Source: Phoronis australis
Taxonomy: Eukaryota > Animalia > Phoronida
NCBI GenBank assembly: GCA_002633005.1
Contig: NMRA01000637.1
Span: 1 to 64,000, forward strand
Reading direction: 5' to 3'
DNA: 64,000 nt
How positions within the stretch are numbered: position 1 is the stretch's first letter; the number at the start of each line of letters is the position of its first letter. Both the position numbers and the translations under genes were made by a program. Under the pieces are notes generated by a model that saw only the letters and a list, made by a program, of their open reading frames with translations, made no database searches and was not told the DNA's origin. Of the stretch, positions 10,791 through 56,499 are shown one piece after another.

Positions 10791-13421
10791 ATAATAAACT
10801 GACCTGATGATGCATTGATGGTGTAGCTCCACGGATAGATAGCAGGATTCAGTTTAATGGAATACTCTATGATCAATGACAAATGAAGAAAATTTCTAGG
10901 TGATGTATCGTCCCACAAATAGATTTATACGATAGAAATATTTCTTTGTTGAAATTTTTAACTGAAAAAAGTTTTTGCACAACTAATGTCAATATAATCG
11001 TACAAAGATACGCAACAAGAGGAAATCGAAACTAAAAGAAAAGGAAATCCTCTTTAATAACAGATTTGCCCATTGCTGAAGTCACTTGAACAATTCCACT
11101 TAGCTGCAGTGCCTTTGTTTTGCTTCCTACTTATTAGCGATGCAGTCCTGCTGCATGGTGTAGTGCTGGTGTTTGTTTCATAAATAAACGTGTTTTAAGA
11201 CGGGACTCTTGTTACTCGACTTCAAACTTTGAGCACATGCTCACCCAATGACCAATTAAGTATACGCACCATCAAACGATTAACAATGAACCATCCAAGT
11301 GTAATGAAAACCAAGAGGGCTTATTCACAGGGCAGTTGGCCTGTTCATTAGGAAATGAAATGGTGTAAGCGAGCAAACGTTGAGATTCATTTGAACAAGA
11401 TTCAACTGCCTGGGGTGACCTACTTATGTCAACTACCTTGTAGCTGAGGAACATTTTTGCAATTGCTAGTTTCACTCAATTTCTTCCCAAAAACTGAACC
11501 AGCTCAACGCATCCATCACAAAATGTTGGGCAAATGAGAACTGAATTTGAGATGAATTTGTTTTTAACCAGAAGCATAGACATTTCATTACCTTATTGAC
11601 CTCAATTGTGGCTTGATCACATGATCTGTGCAGTGCACAAGGTCCAACAGTTATCAACAAATGTTGTAAACGGAAACAAACCAGTCATAGTTTACATTTC
11701 ATAAGTTTACAAATAACCCAAATTGTTCAGGTTTTGATGTTTGAACACATGAAGTTGAGTTTCACGATGAGTAAAATAAGAAACAGAAAATGCAAAATGT
11801 ACTGTACAGAAAATAATTAGATTGGACGCACCGGTTGACTCGACATTCTAGTTGTCAGTTCCATATTGGGCAAAACCATGTACTTTTGGCAATGATACTA
11901 ATCAATACACCTTAAAAATTTGTGATCAAAACTTTTCTGTAATTTGGAATTGCACTGTTTAGAGTACCTCCCGTAATCTGAACGAATTCCTTTAATAGCA
12001 CAGTGTTCCGTCTTCTCTTGAAATGGATAAACACTAAACAACATTAGGAATTAGCCATTTTATTTATGTTATGACTGTTAAAAATTAACTACAAATTATA
12101 CTTCAAACATAACTACACCTTATTTAACACCAGTTGTCTACTCCGTACACAACGAAAATCTATAAGGATTATTGAATGTCATTAAATGCACAAATTACCG
12201 AGAGTCAGTTTACCTGCCACACTTACATAGACATTGTGCAGGTGCTGTTAATTTGACAAAAGAAGTCCAAGAAACTAATCCCCATGACAACGCTACGGTA
12301 CAAAAAAGAATACACATAATGATTCTTAAAAAATTGGTACTCTATGGGTATTTATCTTGTAATTCAGGTTAGGATCTGGTAGCAGCATTAGCAACAACAC
12401 AACGCTGGAGAAAAACAAAAATGTGCAATATAGCATTTGCCATAAGAGTAGTCATTCCCCCACACAAGTACAAATTTAGCAACTATCTTTTTCTAATTCT
12501 ACTCCAATAAATACAAACGTAAAACGAACCTTATGAAGAAGTGCTTTTTAAGAGAAAAGAGACCTCAGATTTCTAACACCTGCGTTCATAGTAACATTAA
12601 AACAATCGAGTCCATCACAATACTTTTTCAAAGTACTACCCGCAAAAAGGACTCGCTGGTGCTGGCTATGGCCGGTACCATGAGTACTGGGGTTTAAGGG
12701 CATTTCACAGCAGCCACTATGTAAAGGAACTCTCGTCATACAAGAGGGAGCCTGCAGAACACAGGAAACAACAACCTGTACCATCGCGGCTCTATCCAGG
12801 ACCAGCATTTTGGATGAGCAGAAAGAACTGCATACACAAGGGGAGGAGGCTTTTAGAGCGACGGTACAAAAATAATGCATTACACCACGACACTAACTTT
12901 TTTTTCTTCTTGATGTCACATGACATCGACGTCAACCAATGAATAACCCTAGTAGAAGTGACGACAGTACCACATTAGCCAGCACCAGCTAACAGACACA
13001 CACACGCACACACACACACACATGCATTAAGATTTCACATCGACAATAATTAAAACTCAGAGGTGCGCCTTTAGCACCATGAGGAGACTAGTAAAGTCCT
13101 GTTATGTACACAGCGTTGTCAACGAATGTCATCCATAACGGCAGCACAACACCACGCACGGGCAAATTCATCACATCAGATGATGGGAGTTCAGTATCAC
13201 CAGACCTGCACTTCTTGGAAATGATTTGCCTTGCGTCAACACTGCTATGGGAACATTTGTCAAAAACTAAGATGAAACATTTACACCCATGCCCTTGATA
13301 ATACTGGCTCAACCCACTGATCTCTGGGCACAGACAATCTAGACGCCGAGTAAATGTGTTCGTGTCGACTTAATTTGGTCGTTTCATCCATGATGTTTTA
13401 AGACAGCTCCAGAGTCTTAGG

Positions 13422-44688
<31,267 letters not shown>

Positions 44689-45549
44689 TGTAACTTAAAA
44701 GGAAGACCGCTATGAAACTACGACAATGGTTGAGTAATAACAGAAAAATATACACGGTATAGGCAGACTATCCGCACACAACCCACTGCTGACAACGACT
44801 CCACTCACGATCAAAGGAAAATAACAAGAAATTCTTGCGCGTAACATCAATTGGTATAAATTGTGATCCACGAGTTCAAGTTGTAATTTTATGGCACAAA
44901 CGGACACAAAAATAAATTTTTTAACCTTAATGTTTCATTTAAGAACGATATATTTTGTTTATATGAATACACTTGGTGTTTATTTATGGCTGATGAATAT
45001 TTTCGTTTATGAAGTGAAATGTTTCTAGCATTCTGGGTAAATACAACTCTGCGACATCTATTGTTGTATTACAAAACTAATAATTGTTTGGCAGTGGGGT
45101 GCAGTGGAGATACAAACAGTAGATCGTCTGAGGTGGGGATAACAAGATGTTAAAATTAAAAGTATTATTCCTGTTGTTTCATGTTTGGTTAAACATATAT
45201 TTTAATTTATGCTGTAACTGCAGAAATATTCATCGATCATTCAATCGCGCAAAAAGTTGAATTTCGCCCTGTTTAGCTATCGAAAATCGGACTAGGTATT
45301 TCTTTCGCGATTCATTCCATTTCCTTTAACAACTCACGTCAGGGCCATGGGTACAAGCACAATTTCCAAACTCACAGTTTCAGAGTTTGCAAATCCATAA
45401 ACTCTGTTCGGCGTTTTATTGGGTCGCTGATGGCTTCGATGATCTTGTTGGAAACTTCTATTTTCGTTTTTAGTAAACTAAGTAGGTTGAAATATTTTTT
45501 AAATTCATTGGGTTTCCCCGCTGCTCTTGCTGTGAATGTTGAGTCGCTG

Positions 45550-45625
45550 GTAGTTTCAATGTTCTTGGTTGTAATGGAAATCAAGTCCTCCCACGGTAAG
45601 GAAAATATGGCACGATTTTATGATC
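45550..45625 (+). repeat. Dispersed repeat fragment; inverted copy at ~54578-54650
   Basis: ATGTTCTT..TT.GT.ATGGAA......TCCT..CACGGTAAGGAA...TATG...ACGATTTT present at both loci in opposite orientation. Confidence 0.6.
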
Positions 45626-48600
45626 AATATATGATATTAAACGTTCAAAGCAAACGTGAAGGTCATTAGAGACGATGAAAGGACTAAGACGGATTTTTCG
45701 TTAATTCGTCATTCTAGGCATGCATGAGATAACCCGTAAAAATGGCTGGAAACTTGTATCCACAACCATTCATCCTGATAAGTAGACGCCTTAAAAAGTT
45801 CACATAATATCACCATTATCTTGCTGGAAAAACAGACAATAGTTCTAGGCAAGTACACCGAAACCTTGAAGGAAAGTTCCCTGGCCAAGCGTGAGAAATT
45901 GGAACCAAAACAATCAGCCTGTCACATTTACCGGCAAGTTATTGTTGTGTTGTTAAAACAGTAAGCAAGTGCGAAAATCAATTCCCGCGTTAGTTCCCTT
46001 GTTCTATGGCCAGCCTGGTACAACTATTGCTGAAGAAACATAACAATAAGTGATTAGATTAGTGTAGTACTGTCACGTTCTCACAGAAAATGTACAGCGA
46101 GTGGGTTCAGTTCTCGTAGCCTGGACTGAAAAAGCGTACACACCGCACGAGTTCCCGAAAAATCCAAGAACAGGCGGAGTGTGCGCAACGAGATTCTCGA
46201 CCCAAATTTAGATTAGGTTGTGCCCCTGGAAATTTAAATTTGTATCCTAATGTAAACCTTTCTATATTCATCAGTAACAATTTATTAGACTACCCGTTCT
46301 TTTGTGAGATTGGGCCTTCACCACGTTAAAAAGTTGTCCCTCTGACGCACCCCCGTGTAAGTAATTAGCGAGAGTATTGTTTGCGGGAAAAGCGCTCACT
46401 TGGAAAATAACTCTACAGGAGCTCGAAGACTTCACTTCCCAGATATCGTAAACTGCATGTGCAAATGTGGGCAAAATTTTTAATATTTTTAAAATTCTCA
46501 TGTTTTAAGAGACAAATTAATATTTCAGTTGACTAGTTGTCAAATTCTCCTATTGTAACCAAGATGCCGACAAAGCAAAACATTGGCTGAATGAGGGCGC
46601 TGCGATCGGAAAATGCGAGTACAAAATAGCACCACTTTCTTCCGAAAGACCTCCCTGGGGGTCCTTCTTTGGACAGAAAGTCTCTCCGGTAAAATGAACG
46701 TCTTCGAAAATTTCCGGCAGACCAAAAGTGCTCCGAACAGACTCTGACAAGAGTCCCAAAGTAAGAAAGCGCATTGGAGGGTCAGAAACAACAGTACATC
46801 GGTTTTAATCATAGCTGTCTAAAAGTTACTGTTGTCCCACGCAGACGGAGGCATTTATAAATATGACCTGAGGTTAGATCTGCATTGTCGGTAGTTGAAG
46901 AGACTGTCAGTTATGTGTAAATAAATGTGTGTAACAAAACAAATACGAGGTTTATCAATACAAGAATTATGATACATTCCGTTTTGAGAGGTGGTGTCAC
47001 ACTGTAAGTACTCATAACGCACAAATCAAATGTCTCGAGTGATCCCTGCGATAACATCTCGCTAGTTTGAAACTATTTTTATCCATAAATCGTTATGTAA
47101 ACTCGAAATCACAAAATCAATCATACGCGAGTCCTTTGTATTGTTTTTTTTTCTTTCTACACTGGTCTAAATGCTCTCAATCAATATCAAAGCTAGTGAT
47201 TTGACCAGCGCGATTGCACACATGAAATGTAATAACTTCTGCACAATGTCCCATGGGGGCGCTGATGGCCAGGAAAGTATCAGCAATAACCAGAGGTGAT
47301 ATTATCCTGGATAATATCACCACGTGACAAACTCGAAGAGTATATTATTGGCTTTTGTTTTCTTAATTTAAGAATTCGGATACCTTACTACGAATAGCCT
47401 AAACTTGTTTTATTTTCGACTTTTCTGTTTCTCGAAAGATTTTTTCCTGTTCATCCGAGAAGAATACGGATTTTTTGTCTTATGAATTCGAGCTGTAGAC
47501 AGATGTTCCGACTTTCAGCATTAGCCTGATTTTTGTGAAGCGAACTAAGACATCCGCAGATTAAGTTTCAACCGAAAGTCAAGAAACAAAAGCCAACAGA
47601 GTCCTGGTCTTGACTTTATAAGTTCTACAATATCGGGGAAACCTTTTTTTTACTCCCACAATTACCACACCAGAGGACGCCACCTTCTACGATATCACCA
47701 GGCACGTCATCTGCAACTAAGATATCATCAGCGTAGGGGACACCACTCGCTGAACAATACGCAATAAAACAGTTCCAGGAGACAGACCAGTATCATCAGG
47801 GGACATCACGTAATACCGAAACCTTCGATGAGACACTGGATGGGATAAGTAGGTAATATTAACTTCAGCAGAGGGAACAACAGTATCACAAGGGAAATCA
47901 AGTACCCCACTGAAGGACATTCATTACAGTATCACCATGGAACACCGTCTAGTAACAACATTATAGACCACCAGGGGTCACCATATATGGTTTAATGTCG
48001 CCATTGGACACTGCATAGAAACTACCCAACACCGTCTTCAAAAAAAACAAAAAAAAACGGGAAGCTAAGTCTTCCATTATTGTACGAGTGTTCATTTTAT
48101 AGTCGGCGAGAAAACTGCGTCAGGGCGGAATGGAACCTGCAACACTCGCGGTCACAATCTGACACTCAGCTGCAGCAGTTAAATTCCACTCAATCAATGG
48201 TGGAATACTGAAAGCAAAAGAAAGCGTTTTCGGTCGCCAAAATATATAACGTACCTTTAAGATATCAGTTTTTGAGCTGGCGGGTCATCGCACCTAGATA
48301 TGAAGCAGTATTGATAAAATTTTAATTTTGTTTTCATGTTTACCATAGATAATATCTCGGCCAACGGAACGCAAAAGTGGCATGGATGAGTTATGACCTC
48401 AATTTAGGAATGTGAGAAATGAAGATAAAAGGAACAAACAATGAGATAGTTCGGGGACTTCGCTGACGATGGACAGACTCGCAGAGGCACGGGAACATCG
48501 TTCGCTAGAAAGCGCCATTAGACATTACACCATATTTGCACAAACTACAATATAAAAAATTAGTAGCAACAAAGTAAACTATTTCCAATTTTTTCTTGGC

Positions 48601-50913
48601 AAGCGAACAACAATCGACAAGTTGCCTTTAACAAGACTGTCCAGCGGGCATTGATGCGTACAAAAAAGAAAACATTCTGTAATGTAACTGAAAGCTGTGT
48701 CAACGGGCGGGGGCCAGCGGGCGGGCCGGTTGGAAGGCAGACAGGCAGTGTGGCAAAGCAGGACCGAGGACCAAGGCAATGGTTTACAAGTGACACGGAA
48801 AAAGTGCGTTCCTACACAGGGCCCTCACTTCATCATCCGATTTTATTCCACGTGTGTAAGACAATGGTGGACGTTGGACTAGTATTAAATTCAACAAACC
48901 ATAAATGACCGCTTTCAACGACGCCCAAATCACACACTCGTCTTGACTGTCCGAGTTGTAAGCAACAATGGTATACAACAATCGGATTGCGAAGACAGAG
49001 CTCAATGAGCAGAATAAATCAATCTCGTAAAAATAACGTTCACAAGGGTAAACGAATCATTAAGGTTTCGTCCGGCATCCCGACGTTTCACATATTTTGG
49101 GAGCGGGAGGGGGTACGTGACTCTTCGTGCGGCCTCATTGCAGCGGTAGTCAATTCATGAAGGTGTCGCACCTTACCGTGAAGATTCGTGGCGTGAAAGG
49201 CCTTGAATCGCAGCTGTCAACTCTGCCAATAGTAAATTTACGATCAAAGAAAAACGATAAGAGATTTGATTTATTTTCTATTTTAATTGCTAGTCGTGCA
49301 AGCGAACCCTGCATGGTGGTGTGGTGCTGCAATGACGTTTATATCAAGAAGGATGAAAAACACGATTAGAACTCAGACAAATACTCGCAGGCGAACAACA
49401 ATATTTGCTTTTAGTCATTAGGCAGCCGTCACGAAGATATTCTCATGTTAATTGTCACACGATATAATCTCCAAGTGTCTTTGTTGTGAAGTCGCATTAT
49501 TCACTAAATTATCTCCAACGTTAGGTTCCAGAGAAAAGAAAGCGAGGGAGTGAAGTGGATTAGACGAGACGTAGTAAGAATTCTTATCCAATTAACACAA
49601 TTATGAAATGTGAGCAATCGTGGGCTTCGTTGATATTTGTCTGCAAAGTAGTCTAACATAGAGTGAGCATAGAGGTTGCGTACATACCAGTGCGAGGGGA
49701 GAGACAGGGAAAAGGGGTTTCAAGTTAAGCGTTTGTCCAGGGACTTACGTTGAAAAGTACAATTTTTAATGGACAAGGTTTTAAACTATTTGTTTACAAC
49801 ATGGTCGAGCTGATGAACCGCTTTGGAACATCGCTACGGAAGTGAGAGCGCGCAGTCACGCACCAACTACGACAGCAACTGTATAGACACATTGCCCAGA
49901 CGTCTAAAAGTTCTTAAACCTATGTAGATGAAAACTTAAATGTCTCGCATTTCAGGTACTTCTATACATGAATCTTGAACTTTAAAAACAGCTTCGCATA
50001 GTCAATGACGAGAAAGGAAGAGTAAAATCTAGAGATAAATCTTATCAATGTTTAATGTTTTAGATTAGCCAACGAAGGGAGGCATTGAAAAAACCACAGA
50101 TCATTATACTAAAACGTTTTTACTATGATCGCAATTTAAAGTCCATTCCTTCACCAAGGAGACACAGACACCTGCGAGATAATTCGAGGTCATTAACCCG
50201 ATTTGAACCAAATATGTTATATACGACATTTGACCTTCCCAATATAGTACTCCAGACTATATTAACATCTAAACTTTGCTGCTCGCGTTTGTAAATTTTA
50301 ACTCAAAACATTTCATGTTTTGGATTTTTCAGATTGTTCGTACGAGAGTGCTTATTAACTTGATAAAGGAACATATCATCAAGAAATAGCAATAAGTTTT
50401 AAGGAAAAAATGCGACGTCTATGCAGTTATTTCGCGTTTGTCAAAGAGAACGCCGTCGGCCTGGAAACAATGCGACAGCGATGCGCTTCCAACTCAACAT
50501 CATCACCACCTGTTGTTGAAGACAGGAAACAAGCATCCACCCTCAATATGTATGGGCAACAGACAGCTCCTTGACACCCTAACACAATATCATGTTTGTT
50601 GTCCGCCGTTAAATGCGCGTGTGATCCAATAACAGTGACTGTGAACGACATTGTTGTCAACAACTGTCACCAACAAAAGGTAACCCTATACCAATCACCG
50701 ACAATTAAATATCAGATCGATGCTATTGTGGGTTTGACCTAATAGCCCCGATCATAAGTCCGAACACTATAAACAAATGCTCCACAAGGCAGCTCAAGTG
50801 TTGTGACGGTATGGACCAAAGGGACGGACCGGGAGCGCTAATGGTGACCCAAAACTCTCTCATTCAGCGTATGCAGGTTTTTTGGGCCAGGAGACTACTA
50901 CCCCGTGTGTCTG

Positions 50914-51018
50914 GGGGTTAGTGCGCCAGTGCATATGAGGGGTTAGTGCGCCAGTGCATGAGGGGTTAGTGCGCCAGTGCATGAGGGGTTAGTGCGCCAG
51001 TGCATGAGGGGTTAGTGC
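50914..51018. repeat. 23-bp minisatellite GGGGTTAGTGCGCCAGTGCATGA
   Basis: About 4.5 tandem copies. Confidence 0.9.
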
Positions 51019-51532
51019 CCATTTTCTAACGTCAGGTGATGAATGAAACGTGAGGGGCGATTTTTTAAAAATAAAAAATGAAAACGAGGAATAGAAACAA
51101 GTGGCTGCCCATGTGTGACTAGTGAATTCGGGTTCCAATGGACTTTATTTCATACTAGTATCGGTGGACGTACGATACACTCCCGAGCTGCACTTGTGAA
51201 TTTTTTGTTGAAACAGTTTTACTGTCAATGTTCGATAAAAAAGGACGTGCCATGGGCACCCGGCAAACCGGCTTTTTTTGACCAGACCATCACATAGAAC
51301 AAAGGTAGGGGTATTTCGGCAGACCTCGACCTGGGAGGTGGTGCGCCCTAATTTTAAAAGTCCTACCAAAATGAAGCTGACATTCGGACTCTTCACCAGT
51401 TTATCACCAGTTTGACATAGAGATAAACTCAGTGCAGTGCATGACCCTGGGGGCTGTAGTCCTCCAACAGAATTACCCGACGGTCAGTAACGAGACCACT
51501 CCACTGCATCACGTGGCACGCATAATACTTAC

Positions 51533-51572
51533 AGTATGACTCCACTTCTTTCTGTTTCCGACTTGATGCCAT
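51533..51572 (-). CDS. Candidate alternative first coding exon of PKA-C, MASSRKQKEVESY(F)
   Basis: gccaATGG start, 13 codons + 1 nt, gtaagt donor, phase 1 matching exon 2; relatively CpG-rich upstream sequence. Confidence 0.65.
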
Positions 51573-54500
51573 TGGCGTATCGTAACGGACTGTTCAACAA
51601 CAAGAGCCAGGTCCTTTCAGCATCCCGCGGCGCCCGTCAAAATATTCAAGCCACTGTGACCACTGAATGTCGACTAGGAAGACAAACAGCCCAACTTTCA
51701 ATATCTTGAGTATAACAAGTCCGTCTTCCCGTGCGCACAGTCCCAATCAACCTCGTCTCGACATCTAGATCAACCCGTCTTTTCTAACACGACTAAAGGC
51801 CAAACCCGACTCCACTGATTAAAACCTGCGATCGCGTTGCCGGTAACCCTGGTCTAGTGGAGCAGAAAAAACAGATCAGAGTCCACGCCGATACAATGCC
51901 AGTTGTCCGTCAAAAGTCGATAGAGCCCAGAGGAAGTGTCGCGTAAGTCTTAATAGACTGGTTATTTATCGCATTGTGAGGACGTATTAGACCTTTAAAG
52001 TAAGCGATTGAATATTACAAGTGTATAACAACAGCAGCTGACAGCGTGTTACGTAGGTCGACAGCGGTAAAATGGTACTCGCAAGTGAACTGGTTGTACA
52101 ACGGAATGCTGGCCAACTACAATAGCCCTGCATGTGGTTTGTTTGCCAAAGCTGACTGGCAAACCACGCTCATTCTATATAATGGAAATTCAATAAACCT
52201 TTCAACCAATGGCAAAATGACAACCTCACACGTATCCCTGAAAATCCTCCCGAGGTGGATGTTTAAAATTCATGATATTTTTTAAATTAAGAATTCACAG
52301 GTGCTCAACTGGTGCAGACGATGTTCTGTGTCTCCACAATCGGTAGGACAGGAGACGTTTCAGAAAGCAAACGCAATGCTGTTCAGTTTGTTTCAAGTCT
52401 TGGCCTCTTATGCAAAGTGACTCGTGAACTAGTAACGCTGTGTAGCCTACGTGACATTTTGAGTAGATCCAAACCGCGCCACATGTGGCGTCATAGCCCC
52501 ATTTTGATTTAGTTTACAACATAGAAAATAAAGAAATGCTCTCTAAAGCAAACACTTCATCATAAATCCACAAAAGGAGAGGAAATGCTATTCGACGACA
52601 GCAGTCGTTCTCCGTATCCGAGAAAACAGATGAGACAGAAATGACAGCCCTGGTGCCTGACCGTTCTAATTGCTCTAATTTAGACTCCAGTTTGAATACA
52701 CTTTACTCACTGTCAATGAAACCACTTTTTATTCGCGATTACGTCATGTATTCGAAGGAGTCATAGTTTAGTTTAAGCATGTATTCTGCCAGCTCTCAAA
52801 GTTTTCGGGTGGTACTTAGCTATTTATTTTGTCATTCTTTGAAATGAGTAATTTTGCATATAAGAGCGAACTGAAGCACCCCTGTTGAGAAGGTTTTACA
52901 ATAATTCTTGCCAACTACGAGGACGTAACAAAACCATGGTGCGTCCTGGCTTCTGCGCTCAGTGATTTTGCAAATTTGGTGTATACTCTGTTGTCTCACA
53001 GATATCTTGTGTTCTTGTGATAGTACTCTTTTTATGACTTAAGTTCACATTGATTACGTGCTCAGTCTGCAAATGGAATCTGTCACGACAGGACAAACGT
53101 GATCTGTAGTTGAGGGATGCGTGATTTCCTTAGCACATTTCCCTTCGGCGAAAATGAACACGATTTATCACTCATTCACAATCAGTCGCGTCAACCCTTG
53201 CAATAACAAAAAACACAATACTATTTCACTTGGCGTGGTCAATTGCAATTACACCTCGAAAGAACAGTGGCGTAGTTCAAAATAGAACTAAGCCAACAGA
53301 ACGCACGTCATTTTGTTACGACCATAGCAAGGCAGTGATCTGAGTGCGTAGAAACGCCTTTTATTAAAGAATAACGCATTTTCATTTTTGTTTATGCGAG
53401 GTAGACCCGTGCTTGTTCTTTTGCTGTAATGGCATTGCGGACAAACTTCACCATTAGATTAAGTTTTGGAGGAGTGTTGGGCGTTTGAGTGGTGCGTCGC
53501 ATATATACATGAAAACCAAAATCGCCACATAAATTTAGTGTTATTTTTCAATTATTTTCTCGCATACGCAAACAAATAAATATATAAAAATAAATAAATG
53601 ATGTTTACCACAGTTGGTACACTATGAAGTACTGATACGGTTAAAACATATAGGGGCAATTGATAGTCGACTTTCTGAACTAATGGCCTATTTTAACCAT
53701 GCTTTCCATTTAAAAAATAAGTTAAATTTGATTTAGGTCACTTACCAATGTAAAATTAGTCTGAGCTTGCTCCATACTCAGTTTAGAAGTTATCTTTGGG
53801 CTCGGAAAGAGCTGACAGGTCAGATTAAACTCAAACAATTTTCGATCAATTTATGAGCTTTGTCTGAAGAACAACGAATTATCAGTTCTTTCGAGGGCCT
53901 GAAGTCGGTATCATTTTGATTCAGGAACAATTTGAGACCAATTTCATGACGGTAAATGGCCTAAATCATAAGTTGTTTTTTATGATGAAGGTCGGACTTA
54001 TCAGTGTTTTAATGGATGGCCTGTTTCGCCAACGGCGGACCCAACGAGCATGAACTAAACATGAACTGAAGTACAGCATATGTAGAAAGTGATGGCTAGT
54101 AAGCTGGAAATACGCGATAGAATGGTGAACACTATATAAATAGCATACAAGCGTATACGAATATCACCCACGCGATGAAGACATTGTAAACGTTATGGGC
54201 ACGATATAGTCCTAGATAGCAGTCGACTACGATATAAATATCTCGTACGTGATGTAAATGTAATCCAGTATTATGCACACAATCATCTGGAACACGTCAG
54301 GTATTTTCGTTGCCTCAAATTTTCCTCTAAGTTGTTTCATAAGTCCGCGCGTGCAAACTTCAATTATTACAGCAAGTCACGTGACTCTCAAAATGCCGTC
54401 GAATGTGCCTAGTATTCACGTCTGGAGTTAACAGGCACCAGGAGGCAAATTAAAGGCAGACAATGATCGTCGCGTAAAACTTTTTTGAGAACTGTTCGGC

Positions 54501-54792
54501 TGAAGTCTGTCTGCTGTAAAGACTAAAGTTCGCACATTAATTGTTGCATATCGACATGCTTATGGGACTACTTTAGAAAAATCGTTCTCATAATATTCCT
54601 TACCGTGAAAGGATTCTACTTCCATGACTAATAAGAACATAGAAACCGTCAACGACTGAAGAAAACGCATCAGAATTTATTCAGGGGTTAGCCAACTCTA
54701 AAACTGCGAATTCGAAATTCCTTCGTGAAGTAGGTATTGCCAGTCAGTTGAGGAGTTGGTAACGGAAAGGGTATGTTATCACGATAAGGAAT

Positions 54793-54957
54793 CAGGGGCG
54801 GATCCAGAATTTTTTAAAAGTTGGGGGGTGAGGCACCGCAGAGTATGAGCAAGGATTTTGCCCGTCAAATATTCGCAACCACGTACTGCCAAATGAAATC
54901 TGAAGGAATTTTAGGGAGCGGGGCATGCGTCCCTTGGCCAACCTGAATCCGCTGCTG
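54793..54957. mobile_element. MITE with CAGGGGCGGATCCAG-type termini
   Basis: CAGGGGCGGATCCAG ... CTGAATCCGCTGCTG flanked by a direct GGAAT on both sides; related ends at 59724 and ~60692-60708. Confidence 0.6.
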
Positions 54958-56137
54958 GGAATATCACGTGATATAACTTTTCGGAAACAATATTTACTTA
55001 GATTTTAGTCAACTAAACAGAATCTTCAAAATTTAGATTTTCCATATTCGGCTTTTGTTCCAGTGAAAGGATGCATGTAAGATAAGTGTTAATGCTGCTT
55101 TTATTGCCCATTCAAAACATTCACAGCCTCTGTTCTAGCAATAAACCATAACATTTCTCTTAAGGTTAAAAGGTTTACGACGTCAGTGAATTTTCATATA
55201 CCCAAAAAGTGCTCGCACTGACGGCCTGACGCTTAAACATCATTAGGCCAACAATTGTAATGCAGTTATCGGTGCTTTTGAATTGAAACGCCGACGTAAC
55301 GTCATTTTTACGCATGTTCCTCGTTTTGTTTTAACGTGGATTGTTACGGCATACGTGCGTTTTGTCAGTAGCACAAGTCACAACATATGATGAATGTAAT
55401 ATAATTGAATATATGCGACACATTCCACATCATTTAACATGTATTAGAGCGTCAATAAATTACCCGTGTGCTACCGTGTAAACTCAACACTAGTTGCCGT
55501 GCACATCAAGAGTCGGAATGTTTACTTTACGTAAGGGTTATCGTAGTGACATTTTGTTTATGTGTTAATTAAGAAATATCGCCTTCACTGTTGTGTGGGG
55601 ACCACGTTGAATTGTGGAAATAATAGTTTAGCATTTTCTGTGAAAACGCAAAAATACGACCTCATTTCTCTATCACGAACATACCGTTTTCCACAGTCTC
55701 AACGTAAACAGGTAGCTGCAACGCCATCTAGGGTGTAAACCGGGAAGCAATCAAGTGACAAAAATGTAGTGACCAATGCACGATACACGTGTCGACTGCC
55801 TGGTGTTAAACCCATATTTCATATATCAATTTAACGTGGATTTTTGTAATTTATGGCTCTACGCAATGGCCCACTCTACGTTCAATAATCCGAACAGCCG
55901 TGACCGAGACAGAAGCACCCAAGTCTTCGGATGCCTCATAACGGCATATAAGAAACATGTTTTATTACACAATATACAGTGTTGGTGCCCATAGTGGAGA
56001 CGAGGAACAAATAGACTCAAAGGCATGTGAACCGAACACCAATTTCTTCTCAGCAGTGTACTGAAAAAGGAAATATAGTACCAAAATCTAACTTCAAGGT
56101 TATAAGCTTTACTTTTGTAAGCTGCAGATATACTTAC

Positions 56138-56168
56138 ATGTACATTCGTCTTCAATCTTGGCTGACAT
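56138..56168 (-). CDS. Candidate alternative first coding exon of PKA-C, MSAKIEDECT(F)
   Basis: gaaATG TCA GCC AAG ATT GAA GAC GAA TGT ACA T|gtaagt; phase 1; in-frame upstream TGA. Confidence 0.4.
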
Positions 56169-56499
56169 TTCATTGCATTGTCAGCTTCTTTAACTAAACA
56201 CTTTTACTAGCATTATATGTGTGGTCGCCCGTACTCCATCGCCAACCGCACGTTTTGCAAAAAGCATTTAGAAAATGACACATTTTCGCGCGGTTTCGCT
56301 GAAGTGAAAAGTCTGCTCAAATCGGGGAAAATTAAAGACCTATCCACACGATTGCACACATGTTTTTAGAAAAAGAAGACAGAAATCCATTCCAATTTGA
56401 TTTACTGTAGATACTCCGTCTGTATCTACTAAAGCTCTGTCTACATACGACTCCGGTTTTATTTAAAAACGCAACTTTTACAGTACATTTTCAAAGATT

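Larger units (their letters stand above)
7400..10883 (-). mobile_element. Degenerate L2/CR1-group LINE, copy 2, interrupted by a DNA transposon at 9513-10790
   Basis: GVPQGSVLGTLLFLIY, HQYGFRKCHSTELALLEFLD, KLQTAQKRILRNISNSSYNA; colinear with 4145-5650 on both sides of the insertion; 3' boundary approximate. Confidence 0.85.

Noticed and set aside
48255-48293. 39-nt AG..GT-bounded segment on the minus strand
   Set aside because: Stops in all three frames and weak splice context.
53746-53775. MEQAQTNFTL followed by a gtaagt donor
   Set aside because: Phase 0, incompatible with exon 2 (phase 1).
54604-54625. Apparent phase-1 first exon MEVESFH(V) with gtaagg donor
   Set aside because: A homologous sequence including the ATG and donor occurs in the opposite orientation at ~45550-45625, so it is a dispersed repeat fragment. 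Exonisation cannot be fully excluded.
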